Part shown: positions 59,975 through 64,000 of the stretch, in pieces
Layout of the letters: every line of letters begins with the position of its first letter
Position numbering within the stretch: position 1 is the stretch's first letter
Source: an uncultured archaeon
GTDB lineage: Archaea; Asgardarchaeota; Hermodarchaeia; Hermodarchaeales; Hermodarchaeaceae
Length of the DNA stretch: 64,000 bases
Direction: 5' to 3'
Assembly (NCBI GenBank): GCA_964347045.1
Contig: CAYFXC010000005.1
Location: 59,227 to 123,226, forward strand
Position numbers and translations under genes: made by a program
The notes under the pieces: generated by a model
The model's database searches: none
Seen by the model: only the letters and a program-made list of their open reading frames with translations
Told to the model about the DNA's origin: nothing

Positions 59975-61630
59975 ATGACATCGAAAGGGCGAAAGAGGAC
60001 AAAAGCTAGGCAAAAACGTCTGGGACAATTTTTCACTCCAGACTGGGTGGTCGACTACATTATTCGACACACACTAGTTCCTGCCATTGATGAAGATCCT
60101 GAACGGCTTCTTGGTGAATTCACGGTTCTCGATCCGGCTTGTGGTGATGGCGCCTTTCTTCTTGGTGTGTTACGTTTCCTATCAGCAAGAGTTGAAACAT
60201 ATCCTGTCTCTCAACAAAGTTTATTCCTTCGAAGTATTGTTGACAGCATTCACGGCATAGATGTGGATCCGAGGGCTATAAAACGCTGTCATCAACGCCT
60301 AGAAGAAGCCAGCAAAGAATTTCTAAATGCACCTGCTGATTTCTCCCAACGGGTTCTTCGTGGTAATAGCCTCATCCAAACTGATGAAAATGCCCAAAAT
60401 ATCTTTGGAGCGAACCTTGAAAAACAGCAACCTGTCGATTGGCACCGTGTCTATCCTTGGGTGATGCGCGATGGGGGCTTTGATGCGATTGTTGGCAACC
60501 CTCCTTTTCTTGGCATAAAGGCTATGGATCCTGAATTCAAAAATTATATTCGAAGCCGGTATCGAACCATTCATCAGCAATTTGACATTCTTATCCCGTT
60601 TATCGAATTAGGCCTATCTCTTCTCCGTCCTGGTGGGCGCCTTGGCTTCATTATAAGTAACAAGGTTCTTGCAGCAGATTATGGACGCGTTCTCCGGAAA
60701 ACTATTATCAATAATTATGTTATCGAACAGATGGTCGACCTATCTCACCTCAATGTTTTCGAAGATGCCGCAACCTATCCTCACATAATTATAATTCGAA
60801 AACCCCGAAACCCCGACGAAGTCCGACAAAACAAAGTCTTAGTTCCTACTACTCTTCTACACCCAGATGAACTAACATCTGGAAAAGACTTCACTAACTA
60901 TGTCCCCCAACATTATTACGCAATGTTACCTAACTCCATTCTTGCTCCCTCATTAACAGAAGAAAAATTCTCCATAATTCGGAAACTCCTTCACGACACA
61001 ATTCCTTTAGCTCAAGCCTGTGCAATCCGATGTGGAATCGCCAAAACAGGCTTTACCAAACATCTCATATCAGTGTCTGCCTACAAACGGTTAAGCAAAA
61101 AAATCCAAATGAAAACACTCCCCTTTTTAAACGCAGGTGATGTCCAACGCTATTCCCTTCGACGAAAGAAATTCCTTTCCTACACGTCAGTTCTTGCATC
61201 TCCTGATCAATGGAGGGACTTCAAAGAACCCAAAATTGTAATCGCCGGCATGGCAAAACGTCTTAGGGTCGCCCTCGACCAAACCGGACATGCTCTTGGA
61301 CGAGTCTACTATGTCACCCAAACTCGTACTCCCTATGACCCTCTTTTTATGCTTGGACTTCTCAACTCTCGCCTTATTAACGCATACTTTTCAATTCTCT
61401 TTGTTGCCACCCATCTGCGTAGTGGTTATATCCGCTATAATGCCACCTACCTGGAACAAATTCCTTTAGTAACCCCTACCCAACACCAGGAAGAACAACT
61501 GGCTGATCTTGCCCGGCTGGTTGTGCAGAATCCAAAATATTTGACAAAGGGGCTAGATCATGAAATTGATGAAGTGGTCAATAACTTGTATGGCCTAAGC
61601 TTTGATGAGGTTTCTTTGTTAGAAGAATAG
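59975..61630 (+). CDS. Adenine-specific DNA methyltransferase (gamma class, TaqI/Eco57I-like), no adjacent nuclease
   Basis: GQFFTP, VLDPACGDG, GFDAIVGNPPF and C-terminal LLNS TRD. Confidence 0.92.
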   Translation: MTSKGRKRTKARQKRLGQFFTPDWVVDYIIRHTLVPAIDEDPERLLGEFTVLDPACGDGAFLLGVLRFLSARVETYPVSQQSLFLRSIVDSIHGIDVDPRAIKRCHQRLEEASKEFLNAPADFSQRVLRGNSLIQTDENAQNIFGANLEKQQPVDWHRVYPWVMRDGGFDAIVGNPPFLGIKAMDPEFKNYIRSRYRTIHQQFDILIPFIELGLSLLRPGGRLGFIISNKVLAADYGRVLRKTIINNYVIEQMVDLSHLNVFEDAATYPHIIIIRKPRNPDEVRQNKVLVPTTLLHPDELTSGKDFTNYVPQHYYAMLPNSILAPSLTEEKFSIIRKLLHDTIPLAQACAIRCGIAKTGFTKHLISVSAYKRLSKKIQMKTLPFLNAGDVQRYSLRRKKFLSYTSVLASPDQWRDFKEPKIVIAGMAKRLRVALDQTGHALGRVYYVTQTRTPYDPLFMLGLLNSRLINAYFSILFVATHLRSGYIRYNATYLEQIPLVTPTQHQEEQLADLARLVVQNPKYLTKGLDHEIDEVVNNLYGLSFDEVSLLEE

Positions 61631-61670
61631 ATTTAAAAGGAATTAGTATACAAAATTCTTCAAGATATAA

Positions 61671-61691
61671 TATTCTCACCTCGTGAGAAAA
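61671..61691. promoter_or_regulatory. Palindromic operator candidate, copy 1
   Basis: TATTCTCAC-CTC-GTGAGAAAA upstream of the wHTH gene. Confidence 0.55.
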
Positions 61692-61747
61692 GGAGATTAA
61701 AAACAAAAACCGTCCTATCTCTCTTTGAGAACAACAAGGTGGTAAAT

Positions 61748-62392
61748 ATGGCTCATCAAGATGTAATAACATTTGAACCTGAACGCATTAAGATTATATA
61801 TGATCGAAAGATTAACGAGATCTTATTAGACCCGAACCATCTTCCCATTATTCGGGCACTCCGGAAGGGGCCCATGACGGTTCGGGAAATCGAAGAAGCA
61901 TATTCTAAAGCAGCGGAAGATTCTGATGAAATTGAAGCAAAATCTGATAAAACTATTTATCGTTATTTGAAAGTATTAGAAAAATCAGATCTTGTTGTTC
62001 CTGCAGGTCAACGGGTTGTAATTGGTAAAACAGCAACTGAAACGCTTTTTTCACGAACTGCTGAAGCATTTATCACAGGGCAAAGTGAAAAGGAATATTG
62101 GAGCTGCGACATTGGAAAAGAACTCGCTGAAAAAATGGCTCAGATACTCGGTAAAATCGTTGGTGACAAAAAACCAGACATTAATTGCATAGTCACATTC
62201 ATGAACGACTTCGATGCAATTGGTAACAAATACATTGTCAGCCTAATCGAAGAAGCTGATGATGAAATGATTGATCTCATCACTGATCTTGACTGGAAGT
62301 ACAAAGATAAAATACTCAATTATGTCAGTTTCTTCGCGACTGTTCTAAAAAATCCTGCGCTCTTTGAAAAGCTTCAAGCCTGCTTTAAATAA
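61748..62392 (+). CDS. Winged-helix (ArsR-like) transcriptional regulator
   Basis: IIRALRKGPMTVREI...KTIYRYLKVLEKSDLV..AG...LFSRTA. GGTGGT SD. Confidence 0.85.
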   Translation: MAHQDVITFEPERIKIIYDRKINEILLDPNHLPIIRALRKGPMTVREIEEAYSKAAEDSDEIEAKSDKTIYRYLKVLEKSDLVVPAGQRVVIGKTATETLFSRTAEAFITGQSEKEYWSCDIGKELAEKMAQILGKIVGDKKPDINCIVTFMNDFDAIGNKYIVSLIEEADDEMIDLITDLDWKYKDKILNYVSFFATVLKNPALFEKLQACFK

Positions 62393-62408
62393 TTGAGCGC
62401 AGGCGTTC

Positions 62409-63719
62409 TTAGCTTCCCTCTTTGCTTTTGGTGGGTTGCTCCTCGGATTCGGGTTGACTACGCCGATTACGGATCTGAAAGTATACTTCTATACAAAGGG
62501 GAATTGTAACAACTACGCTCAATAAGATAAATGCAATAATTGTAATCTGTTCAAATGTTAATGGAAAACGCGGAGTGGCTGGTGTCTGATACCCAATCGC
62601 TGAGATGATGTAATCTTCCATGATAGTTGAAAAGGAAGCTTCTTCGTACCAAGCAGTAAATACTACAACAAGATTGTGTTCAGGAACGACGTTGATCTGT
62701 TGACCATGATAGCCAATCGCTAGATAGGTATTGATTGGTAAATTTAGCCACCACTGGTATCCATAGCCTAATGTATCTGTATCATTATATGGTGTAGCGT
62801 GATTTGCAGTGGATTCATTTATCCAAGACTGAGGAATTAATTGTTGATTGTCCCAAGTACCATTATTCAAATATAAGAAACCGAACTTTGCCATATCTCG
62901 TGGTGTGAGGTGCAGGTCGGAGCACCCAATAACGACACCTTGGGGGTCAGTATCCCATTGGTAATCTGTAATTCCGAGGGGTGAAAATAGGTGGCTATCT
63001 GCATATGAAAGAGTAGTGCTACCTACAGTCTGGTTGATAATCATTGAAAGAAGATGAGATCCGCCTGAATTGTAATCCCATATCTCACCTGGATTATATC
63101 TCATGGGTTGGTCCAACACATATTGCACCCAATCGGCGCTATCATTCATATAGGCATAACTGCTGGTCGGACCATAAGGCCATTCATACCAAGCCAAACC
63201 AGATGTCATTGTCAACACCTGTTTCAAAGTAATGGCTTCCTTCTCCGTAGTGAGGTTGGCAATTGTACGGTCTGGGAAGAAACTCACCAAAGTTTCATTA
63301 ACGCCTGCAATATGCTCTTCTTCAATCGCCATCCCGATCAACGCTGATATTATACTTTTTGTACACGAGAAAATGTTGATTTGCTGATCTTGATCATATG
63401 CGGGGTCGTAATATGATTCCCAAACAATGTATCCGTTACGGATTATCAGAATAGAGCGTATCAAATTTCCCCATGATAATCGCTGAATATATCCTTCCAT
63501 GGCTTGCAGCTGAATCGAACTCATACCTTGTGCTTCTGGGCTCGTTGAACGCCAACCATCTGTTGGCCAGTAATCGGGGGCTGCCGAAACACGAAATGCT
63601 GGTTGATTGTTTTCTGCTATCGATGGGCTTATCACTAGCAAGGCCAACGCTACAATCATGATGAACCAAAGTTTGCTTCTTAAAGCCATACAGACCGACC
63701 TAGAAGTTGAGTGTTTCAC
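62409..63719 (-). CDS. Secreted, membrane-anchored serine hydrolase (beta-lactamase/class C family)
   Basis: SCTK (SxxK), LTMTSGL, YNS and GYGYQWW. Signal peptide and C-terminal TM. Confidence 0.92.
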   Translation of the reverse strand: MKHSTSRSVCMALRSKLWFIMIVALALLVISPSIAENNQPAFRVSAAPDYWPTDGWRSTSPEAQGMSSIQLQAMEGYIQRLSWGNLIRSILIIRNGYIVWESYYDPAYDQDQQINIFSCTKSIISALIGMAIEEEHIAGVNETLVSFFPDRTIANLTTEKEAITLKQVLTMTSGLAWYEWPYGPTSSYAYMNDSADWVQYVLDQPMRYNPGEIWDYNSGGSHLLSMIINQTVGSTTLSYADSHLFSPLGITDYQWDTDPQGVVIGCSDLHLTPRDMAKFGFLYLNNGTWDNQQLIPQSWINESTANHATPYNDTDTLGYGYQWWLNLPINTYLAIGYHGQQINVVPEHNLVVVFTAWYEEASFSTIMEDYIISAIGYQTPATPRFPLTFEQITIIAFILLSVVVTIPLCIEVYFQIRNRRSQPESEEQPTKSKEGS

Positions 63720-63887
63720 TCCTCATCCAAAGTTTCATCTTATATGCTCATGGAATGTGGCAAGAAATCGTTTGCCTTGTTGTGTGTAAGAGTTTCGTGT
63801 TGGTGGGGGCTAGTATGGTCTTATTTTCTCATCATATAGTAGTCATTATCTCCAAAACCGATACATTTATATTATAGTTGTAGATAG

Positions 63888-63908
63888 TATTCTCATCCCG
63901 TAAGAATA
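63888..63908. promoter_or_regulatory. Palindromic operator candidate, copy 2
   Basis: TATTCTCAT-CCC-GTAAGAATA, 17/21 identical to copy 1, just downstream of TTTATATT. Confidence 0.55.
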
Positions 63909-63933
63909 TCGGGACATGTGGTGGTAAAGAATA

Positions 63934-64000
63934 ATGTCAAAGAAAAAAATCAACTTCGCTGGAATTGGTATCGGTGAACGAGCTGCCCTTGGGGGTCGCA
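63934..64000 (+). CDS. 5' end of an unidentified gene (partial)
   Basis: GGTGGT SD, then ATG reading MSKKKINFAGIGIGERAALGGR, open to the window end. Confidence 0.5.
   Translation, partial: MSKKKINFAGIGIGERAALGGR

Overview
Archaeal chromosomal window of about 50 genes, most likely from an Asgard archaeon. This is inferred from TFB, an archaeal-type TrpRS, an intron-containing tRNA-Trp with a bulge-helix-bulge (BHB) splice motif, GGTGA/GGAGG Shine-Dalgarno sites, and several eukaryotic-signature-like proteins. Housekeeping and metabolic genes include a K+-independent H+-PPase, acyl-CoA dehydrogenase, fatty-acid CoA ligase, two GlcD-like FAD oxidoreductases, a lactate permease, PolX and SfsA. 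There is a redox cluster (rubrerythrin, FTR-like/glutaredoxin pair, MBL-rhodanese), a corrinoid methyl-transfer set (non-Pyl MttB, corrinoid protein, MtaA-like, RACo, truncated MtrH), two C25 (gingipain-like) surface peptidases and an orphan adenine DNA methyltransferase. Best candidates for novelty: (1) a two-gene locus at 39.1-39.8 kb encoding a gelsolin-fold-like single domain and a 59-aa protein with a WH2/actobindin-like motif, an amphipathic helix and an acidic tail, possibly an actin-regulatory module; (2) a longin-roadblock-tandem winged-helix protein resembling GATOR1 NPRL2/3 architecture, upstream of a MinD-like ATPase; (3) a C25 peptidase whose His-Cys dyad is split by a seven-repeat FG-GAP-like insert; (4) a FYVE-spaced Zn-finger methyltransferase, an MFS-HhH fusion and a ~110-nt structured intergenic element. 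Several genes are decayed (22.3-24.8, 36.7 and 52.9-56.0 kb). No CRISPR array, rRNA, transposase or integrase was seen. All family calls are by-eye motif recognition, not database searches.
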